64,000 nt of DNA from an uncultured Nitrospinaceae bacterium (lineage in GTDB: Bacteria > UBA8248): the NCBI GenBank assembly GCA_964005815.1, contig CAXFSR010000017.1, forward strand, positions 192,001 through 256,000. Reading direction: 5' to 3'. Position 1 is the stretch's first letter, and each line of letters begins with the position of its first letter. Positions 20,383-30,541 of this stretch are shown one piece after another. A program made the position numbers and the translations under genes. Under the pieces are notes generated by a model, which was not told where the DNA came from, made no database searches, and saw nothing but the letters and a program-made list of their open reading frames with translations.

Positions 20383-21174
20383 ATGCAACGTTTTAAAAAT
20401 AAAGTTTGCATCATAAGTGGTGGAGCTAGTGGAATTGGCGCTAAAACCGCTGAAATGTTTGCAGAAGAAGGTGGAAAGGTTTTAATAGGAGATGTTGATG
20501 AAAAAAATGGAAAGAATCAAACAGAAAAAATTACCGAAAAATACGGTAATGGAACTGCTATTTTTTTCTATCTAGATGTTTCCAATCCTAACGATTGCGA
20601 AAAAGCTGTAAAGAAAGCTGTTCATGAATTTGGTTGCGTAAACTACCTACTAAATAGCGCAATTAAAATGGCTCCAGGAATGCTAAAAGAACTTTCTCTC
20701 GAAAATTGGAATACAATGATCACAATTGGATTAACTGGGACATTTCTCATGACTCAAGCAACTGGAAGGTGGATGATTGACAACAACATCCCTGGGTCTA
20801 TAGTCACAATGTCGTCTATTGGTGGACAACAACCATACGGAATGTCAGGTGCTTACTCAACTGTAAAAGCCGCTGTCATCATGCTTGCAGAACACTTTGG
20901 GATAGAATGGGCCAGCCACAAAATCAGGGTTAATGCCATATGCCCTGGTCACACAGAAACACCTTTAACATCTTACTTAAAAGACTCGGACATAAAAAAA
21001 CAGAGAAGTGAAATCACACCACTGCTGAGGGTCGCACAGCCAATAGATATTGCCAACGGTATTTTATTCTTATTCTCAGAAGAAGCAGATTACATAACTG
21101 CTACAACCCTAGAAATTGACGGCGGACTTAGCAAAACTGTAATGAATCATCTACCTGGTCGAAAGTGGAAATAA
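20383..21174 (+). CDS. SDR family NAD(P)-dependent oxidoreductase
   Basis: SGGASGIG, YSTVK, IRVNAICPG, IDGG. Confidence 0.93.
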   Translation: MQRFKNKVCIISGGASGIGAKTAEMFAEEGGKVLIGDVDEKNGKNQTEKITEKYGNGTAIFFYLDVSNPNDCEKAVKKAVHEFGCVNYLLNSAIKMAPGMLKELSLENWNTMITIGLTGTFLMTQATGRWMIDNNIPGSIVTMSSIGGQQPYGMSGAYSTVKAAVIMLAEHFGIEWASHKIRVNAICPGHTETPLTSYLKDSDIKKQRSEITPLLRVAQPIDIANGILFLFSEEADYITATTLEIDGGLSKTVMNHLPGRKWK

Positions 21175-21206
21175 AAGCTTTGAAAAAAATCAAAGAGAAC
21201 AAAAAA

Positions 21207-22622
21207 ATGAAAATACTATTAATTTCATGTTATGAACTAGGGAATCAACCTATACCAACAGCTAGCTTACATGCTTTCTTAAAGAGTTACTCCTACAACC
21301 CCCAAGTTTTAGATTTATCTACACAAAAGATCAATCATGAAGATATTCAAAATTGCGATTTTATTGCTCTTAGCACTCCTATGCATACTGCCCTATCAAT
21401 TGCAGTAGAAGCGACAAAAATAATTCGCAAGTTCAACAAAGAGTGTCATATTTGCTACTATGGAGATTATGCAGATCTTAACTCTAATTACCTTCTGAAA
21501 AATATAGCTGATAGTTGCTTAAGCGGCGAAACACAAAAATCAATACTCGAAATAATAAAATCTATTCAGTCTTCCTCTAACACAATTACATACAAACAAA
21601 ACAGAGAAAAAAAGAAAATTCGACTTATAGAAAAACCAGATTTCAAAATACCAGAAAGATCCCTACTTCCTGATCTATCCAATTACAATAAATTAATTAA
21701 TGATCAAAACCATGTTACAACAGCTGCAGTCGAAACTAGCAGAGGCTGCAAACATCAATGTTTACATTGCCCTATCACACCTATTTTCAAAGGTCGTTTT
21801 TTTGTTGTGCCAAAAGAAATAGTTTTATCCGACATAAAAAACTTGTATTTACAAGGCGCTAGACATATCACATTTACCGACCCTGATTTTCTAAACGGAC
21901 CCAAACATTCGCTTAAAATTCTTAGAGAAATGAACAATTTATTCCCTGAAATGACTTTTGACTTTACAGCAAAAATTGAGCATCTAATCCAACAAAAAGA
22001 CATTTTTACCGAACTTCAAGAATTAGGTTGCCTATTTATCGTTACAGCTTTGGAATCTTTAAATAACAAAATCTTAAAAAAATTAATTAAAGGACATTCG
22101 AAAAAAGATTTCTTGGAAGTTTTAAAAATCGCAAGAGCGAACGGGATTTCTATTCGACCTTCATTAATTGCATTTACTCCTTGGACAACTCCCAAAGATT
22201 ACATAGAATTACTTGATTTTATTGAGAAAAATGAATTGATTGATGAAATAGATCCAATTCAGATGTCAATAAGATTACTCATACCACCTGAGTCGAGTCT
22301 GCTTCAATTACAAGACCTAAAGAAATACATAGTGCGCTTCGAACCAGACAAATTTTCTTATATATGGAAGCATCCAAATCCAAAAATGGAACTTTTAAAT
22401 TTGAAAATTTCGAGGATTGTAGAAAATCATGCAAATCTTAACAAAGAAGCTTTAGAAACATTTTTCGCTCTTAAGAAAGAATTTTCGAAAATCTTTCCTG
22501 AAATCATAAAAGAGGAAAACGTTACTATCAGAACAAAAAAAATTACCGCGAAACCTCCAAAACTTACCGAATCATGGTTCTGTTGAGCAGAGCCAACTGA
22601 GAGTCAGTTGACTCTAAATTAA
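21207..22622 (+). CDS. CUAEP-tail B12-binding-like radical SAM protein, probable selenoprotein (UGA 22584-22586 = Sec)
   Basis: Start MKILLISCYELG at 21207; ETSRGCKHQCLHC; readthrough of the TGA gives ESWFC-U-AEPTESQLTLN* ending TAA 22620-22622. Confidence 0.85.
22589..22615 (+). promoter_or_regulatory. Putative bacterial SECIS hairpin
   Basis: AGAG-c-CAACTGA [GAG loop] TCAGTTG-a-CTCT, starting 3 nt after the in-frame UGA. Confidence 0.6.
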
Positions 22623-23332
22623 AGATTCAATACCGCAACTGCTCGTATTGGAGAACCAGAACCTCCACGAATTTTTAGAGGAAGACCAATATAAAGAAAT
22701 TCCTTACCTGCCACATCTTCAATATTACAAAGATTTTCTGTGTTATGACATTGCAATTCTCTACATAACACATGACAAGGGAAAGTCATTTCTCCTGTAT
22801 TAATTCCAGCATCGATACTAGGGGCATCCTGACCAATATTTACGATCCCGCATTCTCTATATAGAAAATTGCCAGCATCGTATGAAAGACCAGGATAATC
22901 AGTATTATAGCTATCCTCGGGATAAGTTCGTCTAAAATGTCCACCAGTAAAAAGAAAGGTACCCGCATTGGGTGGTGTCAAATCTTGGCTACTAAGCTCA
23001 TCTTCAAGAAGCTTTAAAGAAATCTCCTCTTTAGGTTCCACTTTACCAGTAAAGTCGATAGCAATACCTCTTGTAATAAATTTTTTAAGGTTAGATTGAT
23101 CTATAGTGGGGGCAGTTTCTCTTTCGTCAATATGGCTAACTGCATCAACATGGGTTGGACCATGATCACACATATGCAACATCATTGCTGCGTAAGTAAT
23201 ATCTTTAGGTCTAATAGGAGCATTCCTTGCGTCTTCATGTGTAGCAATAAACTCTATTTCCGTGGGAGGATGCCCAGGAAACCTTGGAGCACCCGTATAT
23301 ATATCCTGACTAAGATTAACAATATCATACAT
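22619..23332 (-). CDS. Cyclase family metal-dependent hydrolase (kynurenine formamidase-like)
   Basis: HGPTHVDA, YPGLS, DAPSID, ENL, LPLKIRGGSGSPIRAVA. Confidence 0.9.
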   Translation of the reverse strand: MYDIVNLSQDIYTGAPRFPGHPPTEIEFIATHEDARNAPIRPKDITYAAMMLHMCDHGPTHVDAVSHIDERETAPTIDQSNLKKFITRGIAIDFTGKVEPKEEISLKLLEDELSSQDLTPPNAGTFLFTGGHFRRTYPEDSYNTDYPGLSYDAGNFLYRECGIVNIGQDAPSIDAGINTGEMTFPCHVLCRELQCHNTENLCNIEDVAGKEFLYIGLPLKIRGGSGSPIRAVAVLNL

Positions 23333-23382
23333 AATAACACCCCTCTAAAAATTCAAGAAAAAACTATTCCGAGTCAGTAAAC

Positions 23383-24627
23383 TTAGCCAATTCCACCTAC
23401 TGTGACACCATTTGGCTCGGGCGCTTCAAGTGCTGGCAATACATGAGTCATAAATGCATCTAACTCAGATATTACTTCTTTAGATGGAATCTGTGCATAG
23501 TGCCAGATCAAAGTGATATATTCAGCGGGAACTTTATCATAAGAATGGAGGAATTGCTCCTTCAACTGTTCTACGGTACCACCGAGAAAAATACCACTAT
23601 CTTTCATGTTCTCTACCCAATCTATATTTGATGTGTCATCTGGGAACTGGGGAAAGAAAGGAACATAAAAATTTTCATAGATATCTTGATCATACTCTTT
23701 AAGCTTACGATCGTAATCGGCTTCATTTTCAGCTACATGAATCCACCTGCAAACACATTGCCTTTCTCCATGCGCAAAGTTATGTCCATGCTTTTGTGCT
23801 TCTTCTACATAAACATATGACATTTCTTCCATTTTTTCCAATTTAGTGAAATACACAGGCCGAAAACCATGCTTAGCTGCAAATTTGATAGAATCATTAC
23901 TAGCACTAACTGCCTGAAAAACTGGAGGATGTGGAGACTGGTATGGTTTAGGAACAACACTGACTTTATGTACTCTTCCATCTTCACCTACTTCTCCGTG
24001 CGTTCCTGCATCTCGTGCACTTTTCCAAGCTGGATACTCTATACCGTCTTTATAGGGGTAAGGAATTTTATAATAGTTGCCATCTATCTGTGAAGATTCT
24101 TCAGTCCAAAATTTCAAAAGCATCTCTGCACGCTCTTCGAAAATTTCTCGATTTTTCACATCATCATCTCCGCCAAGATCAGAACTAACGGTTGCAACCG
24201 AATCTGTGAATTGGCCCAAAACATTTGCCCATCTGGACTGATACCCTCGTGCCATACCAACAAACATTTTCCCTTTAGTTATATGATCCAGAATTGCGGT
24301 TTCTTCTGCAACCCTAACTGGATCCTGTGTAGCCATAACATAGCCTAGAGCACCAACACGCGCATTTTTTACGTGACTAGCCCACCAAGCATTTAAAACA
24401 CCTGGATTAGGTCCTACCTCATACCCTTCTGAATGAAAATGATGTTCTATAGTACTAACCCCCCAAACACCCATTTCATCTGCAGCCTTGACTATATCAA
24501 GCCATTCGTGGAGAACATGATGGTAAAGATCTGTGTCACAAGCAAGAGGCCTTTTTTCTTCACGCTCAGCACGATCCTTTGATGGAAGCATAGGGTATAA
24601 CTGAACTATGACTTTAGGTTTTGCCAT
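23383..24627 (-). CDS. LLM class (luciferase-like) flavin-dependent oxidoreductase
   Basis: EHHFHSEG, DPVRVAEETAILDHITKG, ARGYQ, PKPYQSPHPP. Confidence 0.9.
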   Translation of the reverse strand: MAKPKVIVQLYPMLPSKDRAEREEKRPLACDTDLYHHVLHEWLDIVKAADEMGVWGVSTIEHHFHSEGYEVGPNPGVLNAWWASHVKNARVGALGYVMATQDPVRVAEETAILDHITKGKMFVGMARGYQSRWANVLGQFTDSVATVSSDLGGDDDVKNREIFEERAEMLLKFWTEESSQIDGNYYKIPYPYKDGIEYPAWKSARDAGTHGEVGEDGRVHKVSVVPKPYQSPHPPVFQAVSASNDSIKFAAKHGFRPVYFTKLEKMEEMSYVYVEEAQKHGHNFAHGERQCVCRWIHVAENEADYDRKLKEYDQDIYENFYVPFFPQFPDDTSNIDWVENMKDSGIFLGGTVEQLKEQFLHSYDKVPAEYITLIWHYAQIPSKEVISELDAFMTHVLPALEAPEPNGVTVGGIG

Positions 24628-24670
24628 TTTCTACTCCTTTATTAAAAAATGAATACTTCCATTAAGAAAA

Positions 24671-25192
24671 TTATGCCACATTCTTATTTCCTTTAGATCT
24701 CCAGTTACTTATTCCGAGATCTAATTTTGACAAAAATTTGGATACAACAAGCTTTTCTTCATCTGTAACATCTGACATGAGATTCGCTATAGATAAAAAA
24801 TAATCAGGGAAAATATTTTCCAGAAGGTCCTCCCCTTTCTTAGTAATCTTTACATTTGTCCTTCTTTTATCTTCATCCAAATGTTCTCTCTTAACAAATC
24901 CATCACGCTCGAGACCATCAACTAGGCCGGTCATGGTTGCTCTAGTAACTCCAGCACTCTCGGCCAAATCTGAAGGTGCGAATCCTTTATCTTTCCTTCT
25001 TAGGATTAATAGAACTACAAATCTCCCTTGAGATATTCCATAAGAGATTAAATAATCATTGAAGATATTTAAAAGATCACTGCCGGATCTTAAAAATTGA
25101 TAGAAAAGAAGCATAGATGATGGTTCTAAACTAGAATATACTTCTAGTGGCCTAAAATCCTCTCTTGTTGGAAGGTCTTTCATACAAAACAT
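24671..25192 (-). CDS. MarR family transcriptional regulator
   Basis: PSDLAESAGVTRATMTGLVDGLERDGFV, DKRR..ITKKG. Confidence 0.92.
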   Translation of the reverse strand: MFCMKDLPTREDFRPLEVYSSLEPSSMLLFYQFLRSGSDLLNIFNDYLISYGISQGRFVVLLILRRKDKGFAPSDLAESAGVTRATMTGLVDGLERDGFVKREHLDEDKRRTNVKITKKGEDLLENIFPDYFLSIANLMSDVTDEEKLVVSKFLSKLDLGISNWRSKGNKNVA

Positions 25193-25329
25193 GGAAATCC
25201 CCTTAAATAATTAGCCTCCTAACCATATAACTTTACAATGAAATTTTCAATAATAAAATTGGCAAACTTTATTTTTTTAAATTATAATTATGGTGATTTA
25301 AGTTTTTAAAATTTTCATAGGAGAAAAAA

Positions 25330-26040
25330 ATGCGTTCGGGCAATGCAACACAACTAAATCGGCAAGATTCTATATCACTTCAGGCAGCAGCGTTCATGCA
25401 ACGTGTTTATGGATGGATGACACTTGGGCTAATTGTAACTGGGTTTAGTGCTTTCTATATAGCTTCAAGTCAAAGCGCAATTAATTTTATTTTTGGTAGC
25501 TCTATGTCTATATTACTAATTTTTGCCGTACAACTCGGCATAGTTTTTGCTATCAAACCTGCTATGAGAAGCGGTGGCTGGCAAATTGGACTACTTCTAT
25601 TTGTTGTTTTCAGCGCCTCCTTGGGAGTAACTGTTTCTAGTCTTTTACTGCGGTATACATTTACATCGGTTTCACAAGCTTTCTTTGTTACTGCAGGTGC
25701 TTTTGGAGCTATGACAATTTTTGCTTTTGTCACAAAAAAAGACTTATCTGGATGGCAAAATTTTCTTTACGTAGGTCTTTTTGGAATTATTATAGCGATG
25801 ATTGTTAATATCTTTTTGCAAAGCAGTGCTCTTCATTTCGCCATAAGTGTAATAGGAGTTTTAGTTTTTGCAGGTCTTACTGCATATGATACTCAAAAGA
25901 TGAAAGAATACGCATACTCACAAGATACAAACAATGAAACCGGCAGAAGAGCGTCAGTAATGGCAGCTCTAGAACTTTATCTTGATTTCATAAATATGTT
26001 TATTTTTCTTACACATCTTTTAGGAAGTTCTAGAGATTAG
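25330..26040 (+). CDS. Bax inhibitor-1/YccA family membrane protein
   Basis: FMQRVYGWM, AYDTQKMK, ALELYLDFINMF. Confidence 0.92.
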   Translation: MRSGNATQLNRQDSISLQAAAFMQRVYGWMTLGLIVTGFSAFYIASSQSAINFIFGSSMSILLIFAVQLGIVFAIKPAMRSGGWQIGLLLFVVFSASLGVTVSSLLLRYTFTSVSQAFFVTAGAFGAMTIFAFVTKKDLSGWQNFLYVGLFGIIIAMIVNIFLQSSALHFAISVIGVLVFAGLTAYDTQKMKEYAYSQDTNNETGRRASVMAALELYLDFINMFIFLTHLLGSSRD

Positions 26041-26049
26041 ATAACTTTT

Positions 26050-26075
26050 CATCCCCTGGATTTATCCAGGGGATG
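26050..26075. terminator. Hairpin between convergent genes (likely terminator)
   Basis: CATCCCCTGGAT-tt-ATCCAGGGGATG perfect 12-bp inverted repeat. Confidence 0.7.
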
Positions 26076-26078
26076 TTA

Positions 26079-27332
26079 CTAAATCTCGGAATTTTCTTCT
26101 ATTTCCTTACGTAATGACTTTTCACTTATAACCGCAATGGTCATCTTTTCTTTTCTAAAAATATCCTTAGCAACACTAACTATTTCTTCTTTCGTAACTG
26201 ATTCTACTTCTTCAATTTCTTGTTTCATAGGATAAAGCATATTTCGTAACATTAAACTTGAACCATTTCTTCCTGCAAAATAACTTGAACTTTCGTGTAT
26301 TTGTAGATTCCCTCTTATGTAACTTTTAGCTTCTGACAATTCTTCATCTGTAACTTCTTCATCCTTAAACTTAGAAGATTCCTCTAAAATTACTTTTGTC
26401 GCCTCAGAAGCTTTTTCTAATGCAACTCCTGCTTTCATTTCAACGTATCCTGCGTCTGTAAAACAATTCGCACTTGCACCTACACTGTATGCAAGACCTC
26501 TTTTCTCCCTAACTTCAGTGAAAAGACGACTACTCATTTTCCCGCCTAAAATATTACACATTACCCTAAGAGGCTGAAGATTCTCATGATCCAAACCATA
26601 ACCGCGAAATCCAATAGAAAGATTAACTTGATCAGTTTGTCTTACTTGTTCCACGAATGACTTTTTACTTTCCTTTGGCAAGGAAACATTATCTGGCCTC
26701 TCTGAACTTCCAGAACGAGACCCAAAAAACTTTTCAGAGAGTTCAACAACATATTCATGCTTAACTCCACCTGCAACGGAAATGACGGTATTTCCGGGCT
26801 GATACCATATATCAATCAATTCACGCATATTTTCTGGTTCAATCCTATTAATTGTTTCTTTGCTTCCAATTACACCTACCTGGAGGTTAAACATAGTCGT
26901 TTCAAGCAGATCAGAAACCCAAATTCTTGGCATATCTTCGTACATTTTCAACTCTTCTAATATGACATGCCTTTCTCTACTCCACTCTTCTTTATCTAGC
27001 AGGCAGTTATTTACCGCATCTGCATAAACATTTAAAACTTTTTCAAAAACTTGCACTGGAGAGGTAAAATGGTAACAAGTCCTTTCCGCTGCTGTATTCG
27101 CATTGATTGAAGCACCATTTCCTTCCATTTCTCTTGCAATATCTAAAGTCGATCTAGTTGGAGTCCCTTTAAAAACCATATGCTCTAGAGCATGTGACAC
27201 ACCAACAACTTCATTTCCTTCATGACGACCACCACAACCAAAGTATATATGAAACGCGACTGCAGCAGACTCCTCTCGTTCTGTAGTTACTACTTGAATG
27301 CCATTTGACAAAATACTTTTCTTAACTTCCAT
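26079..27332 (-). CDS. M16 family zinc peptidase
   Basis: HALEH (HxxEH), MSSRLFTEVREKRGLAY; ATG 27332 after GGAGG. Confidence 0.93.
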   Translation of the reverse strand: MEVKKSILSNGIQVVTTEREESAAVAFHIYFGCGGRHEGNEVVGVSHALEHMVFKGTPTRSTLDIAREMEGNGASINANTAAERTCYHFTSPVQVFEKVLNVYADAVNNCLLDKEEWSRERHVILEELKMYEDMPRIWVSDLLETTMFNLQVGVIGSKETINRIEPENMRELIDIWYQPGNTVISVAGGVKHEYVVELSEKFFGSRSGSSERPDNVSLPKESKKSFVEQVRQTDQVNLSIGFRGYGLDHENLQPLRVMCNILGGKMSSRLFTEVREKRGLAYSVGASANCFTDAGYVEMKAGVALEKASEATKVILEESSKFKDEEVTDEELSEAKSYIRGNLQIHESSSYFAGRNGSSLMLRNMLYPMKQEIEEVESVTKEEIVSVAKDIFRKEKMTIAVISEKSLRKEIEENSEI

Positions 27333-27374
27333 TTGACCTCCAATCAAAGTTTCCTAAGAAAAAATTCTTCTTTT

Positions 27375-28310
27375 TTATTTTTCAAGTATGGCACGAGCTT
27401 TTTCAACATCTAAAGAAATTTGTTGAACTAGTTTTTCAACACTAGAAAATTTAAATTCATCTCTAATTCTTTCAACAAACTCCAACCGAATCTCCTTTCC
27501 GTAGATATTCCCACCTTCCCAGTTAAGTATATGAGCTTCTATAGTAACGCTTTGACCGTCAAAAGTTGGCCTTTTCCCAATATTCAAAACTGTTGGGAAA
27601 AAATCAGATGAAAAAGATTTGACTTTTGACCAACATGCATAAACACCATTTGAAGGAATCAATGTTGAAGGAGGTGCAACATTTGCAGTAGGAAATCCAA
27701 TTCCAGCCCCTCTCCCATCTCCTTTCTCAATTAGACCTTCAAGGCAATGTCTTGTTCCAAGCAATACATTCGCCTCTGCAACAGACCCAGATGAAAGCAT
27801 CTTTCGGATTTCAGTACTACTTACAATTTTATCCTGAAAAGCAAAAGGTTCAAGAACTTCTACCAAAAAATCAAAATTTTTTCCGAGTGTCTTAAGAAAT
27901 TCTATATTCCCTCCTCTATTCTTTCCAAAATGAAAGTTATACCCAACTAAAACTTCCTTCGCTTTTATTCCATTAGTAATATAAGTAGAAACAAACTGTT
28001 CAGGGCTAAAATCAGAGAGGTCTTTTGTAAATGGTTCAACTACCATTATATCAATTCCTTCATCTTCTAATCTTTTTGTCTTTTCAGATAATGTAGTCAT
28101 TAAAGAGGGACACCTTTCTGGTGCAACTATCGATAATGGATGCGGATCAAAAGTAAGTATTACCGACCTAAGTTTTCCACTTTTTGATTTTTCTCTAAGT
28201 TTTGCACATATATTTTTATGTGCCAGATGAACTCCATCAAAATTGCCAATTGATAAGACTGCACCATCCCAATCCGAATCTAAATTATCAATCCCTTTTA
28301 TGATTTCCAT
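27375..28310 (-). CDS. ribF: Bifunctional riboflavin kinase/FAD synthetase
   Basis: GNFDGVHLAH, VSSTEIR, GFPTAN, ERIRDE. Confidence 0.96.
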   Translation of the reverse strand: MEIIKGIDNLDSDWDGAVLSIGNFDGVHLAHKNICAKLREKSKSGKLRSVILTFDPHPLSIVAPERCPSLMTTLSEKTKRLEDEGIDIMVVEPFTKDLSDFSPEQFVSTYITNGIKAKEVLVGYNFHFGKNRGGNIEFLKTLGKNFDFLVEVLEPFAFQDKIVSSTEIRKMLSSGSVAEANVLLGTRHCLEGLIEKGDGRGAGIGFPTANVAPPSTLIPSNGVYACWSKVKSFSSDFFPTVLNIGKRPTFDGQSVTIEAHILNWEGGNIYGKEIRLEFVERIRDEFKFSSVEKLVQQISLDVEKARAILEK

Positions 28311-28522
28311 TAAACGATCCTATAAATAATAAAAATTACGTAAACACTCAGTGAAATCAGTACCTTGAAAACTAAACATTTTCAACCATTCAAGAATAAA
28401 AAAATAAACACATAAAATTGCATTACATGATAGATTGCAATCAATCATATAATAAGCTTTAATCGTTGATGTCTTATAACTAGGCATTTTTTTCAACTGA
28501 TTTTACTTTCAAAAGGTCTTAA

Positions 28523-30097
28523 ATGATTTTTCCAACAAAAATGTTATTAATTTTAATGGTTTTATTCTCTTTTCTATGGATAGACAAAAATTCCTTTGCA
28601 AAAAATTCTACCAGAAATAATTACATTAAAAAAAATCGTCCTAAAAGTCCGACACCAACTCCTAAAATTAATTCCCTTAAATTAGAATTATCTTTAAAAG
28701 AAGCAATAAGTCTAGCTTTGGCGAGGAATTTTGATATAAGCATCGAAAGATTAAAAGGAGAAATCAAAAAAGAAGAGATTATTGAGAAAAAATCAAAGTT
28801 TGATACAACCTTCATTGCTAGTGGAGAATCGGAGAAATCTAAAAATGAGACTGTTAGCACTACTTCTACTGGAAGCACTAAAAAAGTAAATAGCACTCAA
28901 AACATTCAGGCTGGATTCAAAAGGAAAATCTTAAGTGGCGCGGAATTATCTATGTTGTTTGATTGGGACCGAGAAGGGACTAATTCAAAGAACAACCTTT
29001 TCGACCCAAATTTCAGTACAGGACTCACGCTTTCTGTCACACAACCGCTTTTAAGAAATTACGGAGTAGATCTCAATTCTGCAGATATAAGAATTGCTAC
29101 TGAAAATCTTCGTCAATCAAGAAACGAATACAATAAAAAGATTACAAATATTGTTACCGATGTAGAATTGTCCTACTGGGATTTGATTCTTGCTATTAGA
29201 AATTTAAAATTAAAAAAGAAATCTCTGGAATTAGCCAAGGATTTACTCCGCCGAAATAAAATACAGGTAAAAATAGGCACTCTGACTAGAATCGAAATTC
29301 TAGATGCAAAAACAAGTGTAGCCATGAGAGAAGATGAACTAATTGTCGCTAAAAGAGAAGTTCTTGAGAGAGAAGATACATTAAAATTACTCCTCAATAT
29401 TTCCATTCGTTCAAGACCATCAAGAATTGCTCTCAAACCAACGAGTAAACTCGACTTCAAGCAAATTCGGATTAACGAATTTGATTTATTCGAAAAAGCT
29501 CTCTCACGAAGAACAGATCTCATTAAAGATAAGATAGAAATTCAAAAGAGAAAAATTACGATCAATAAAAAAAGAAATCTGTTACTACCTAAACTGAATT
29601 TTACTAGCAGTTTAAAAAATAGTTCGAAGCAAGATTCAACTCAAAAAGCGCTAAAAAGACAATTCTCTAACAAGGGCTATGAAATATCGGGAAAATTAGC
29701 ATTTGAATTTCCTTTAGGAAATCGTGAAGCAAAATCAAATTACAGAAAATCCAAAAGCGAATATTACGAAGCAAAAGAAATATTCAAGAAAAATAAACAA
29801 ATAATCTTAGAAGAAGTCCAAAAGATTTCTCGCAAAACAAAAACGAGTATGAAAAGAATTAAAACTACTCTACTCGCAAAAAAGCTTGCTGCTCAACGTT
29901 TAGAAGTACAAGAACAAAAGTTCGCCCTAGGTCTCACAACAAGTCGTCAGATTTTAGAAGATCAAGAATCTTTAGAGAATGCCTCGTTGAACCATATCCG
30001 AGCCTTGATAAACTACAAGAAGAACTTAGCAATGTTAAGAAAGACTACTCAAACTACTTTGTCATTTTTTAAGATTTCTCTCTCAAAAACTAAATAG
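28523..30097 (+). CDS. TolC family outer membrane protein
   Basis: Signal peptide-like N-terminus, LSLKEAISLALARN, SVTQPLLRNYG, LLPKLNF, EFPLGN. Confidence 0.8.
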   Translation: MIFPTKMLLILMVLFSFLWIDKNSFAKNSTRNNYIKKNRPKSPTPTPKINSLKLELSLKEAISLALARNFDISIERLKGEIKKEEIIEKKSKFDTTFIASGESEKSKNETVSTTSTGSTKKVNSTQNIQAGFKRKILSGAELSMLFDWDREGTNSKNNLFDPNFSTGLTLSVTQPLLRNYGVDLNSADIRIATENLRQSRNEYNKKITNIVTDVELSYWDLILAIRNLKLKKKSLELAKDLLRRNKIQVKIGTLTRIEILDAKTSVAMREDELIVAKREVLEREDTLKLLLNISIRSRPSRIALKPTSKLDFKQIRINEFDLFEKALSRRTDLIKDKIEIQKRKITINKKRNLLLPKLNFTSSLKNSSKQDSTQKALKRQFSNKGYEISGKLAFEFPLGNREAKSNYRKSKSEYYEAKEIFKKNKQIILEEVQKISRKTKTSMKRIKTTLLAKKLAAQRLEVQEQKFALGLTTSRQILEDQESLENASLNHIRALINYKKNLAMLRKTTQTTLSFFKISLSKTK

Positions 30098-30109
30098 AAG
30101 TCATATGAA

Positions 30110-30541
30110 TTGGACAAAACAATTAAACGTATTTTAGGAATAGACTATGGAAGCAAAAGAGTAGGAATTGCAATAAGCGATGAACTGCAATTGACTGCAC
30201 AACCTCTCACGCTTTTAAAAAGATTGAATGATAACGACATAATCTCTGAAATAAAAAAAATAATGAGTCTATATAATATAGAAAAGATTATAGTTGGTTT
30301 CCCAGTTTTACTAGATGGGAGTCATTCTAAACAAACAAAAACAACAAAGAATTTTATTTCACGTGTGAGAAAATCTATAGATTTGCCTGTCAAAAAATGG
30401 GAAGAACGTTTATCTACTATTGAGGCTGGAAAAATATTAAGTTCCGTTTCAAAAAACAAAAAGAAAGAAAATATCGATATAGTTTCAGCCCAAATTATAC
30501 TTCAGAGTTTCCTTGACAAAATCAGAAAAAATCAAAAATGA
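30110..30541 (+). CDS. ruvX: YqgF/RuvX pre-16S rRNA nuclease
   Basis: ILGIDYGSKRVGIAISD, EERLST, SAQIILQSFLD. Confidence 0.92.
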   Translation: MDKTIKRILGIDYGSKRVGIAISDELQLTAQPLTLLKRLNDNDIISEIKKIMSLYNIEKIIVGFPVLLDGSHSKQTKTTKNFISRVRKSIDLPVKKWEERLSTIEAGKILSSVSKNKKKENIDIVSAQIILQSFLDKIRKNQK

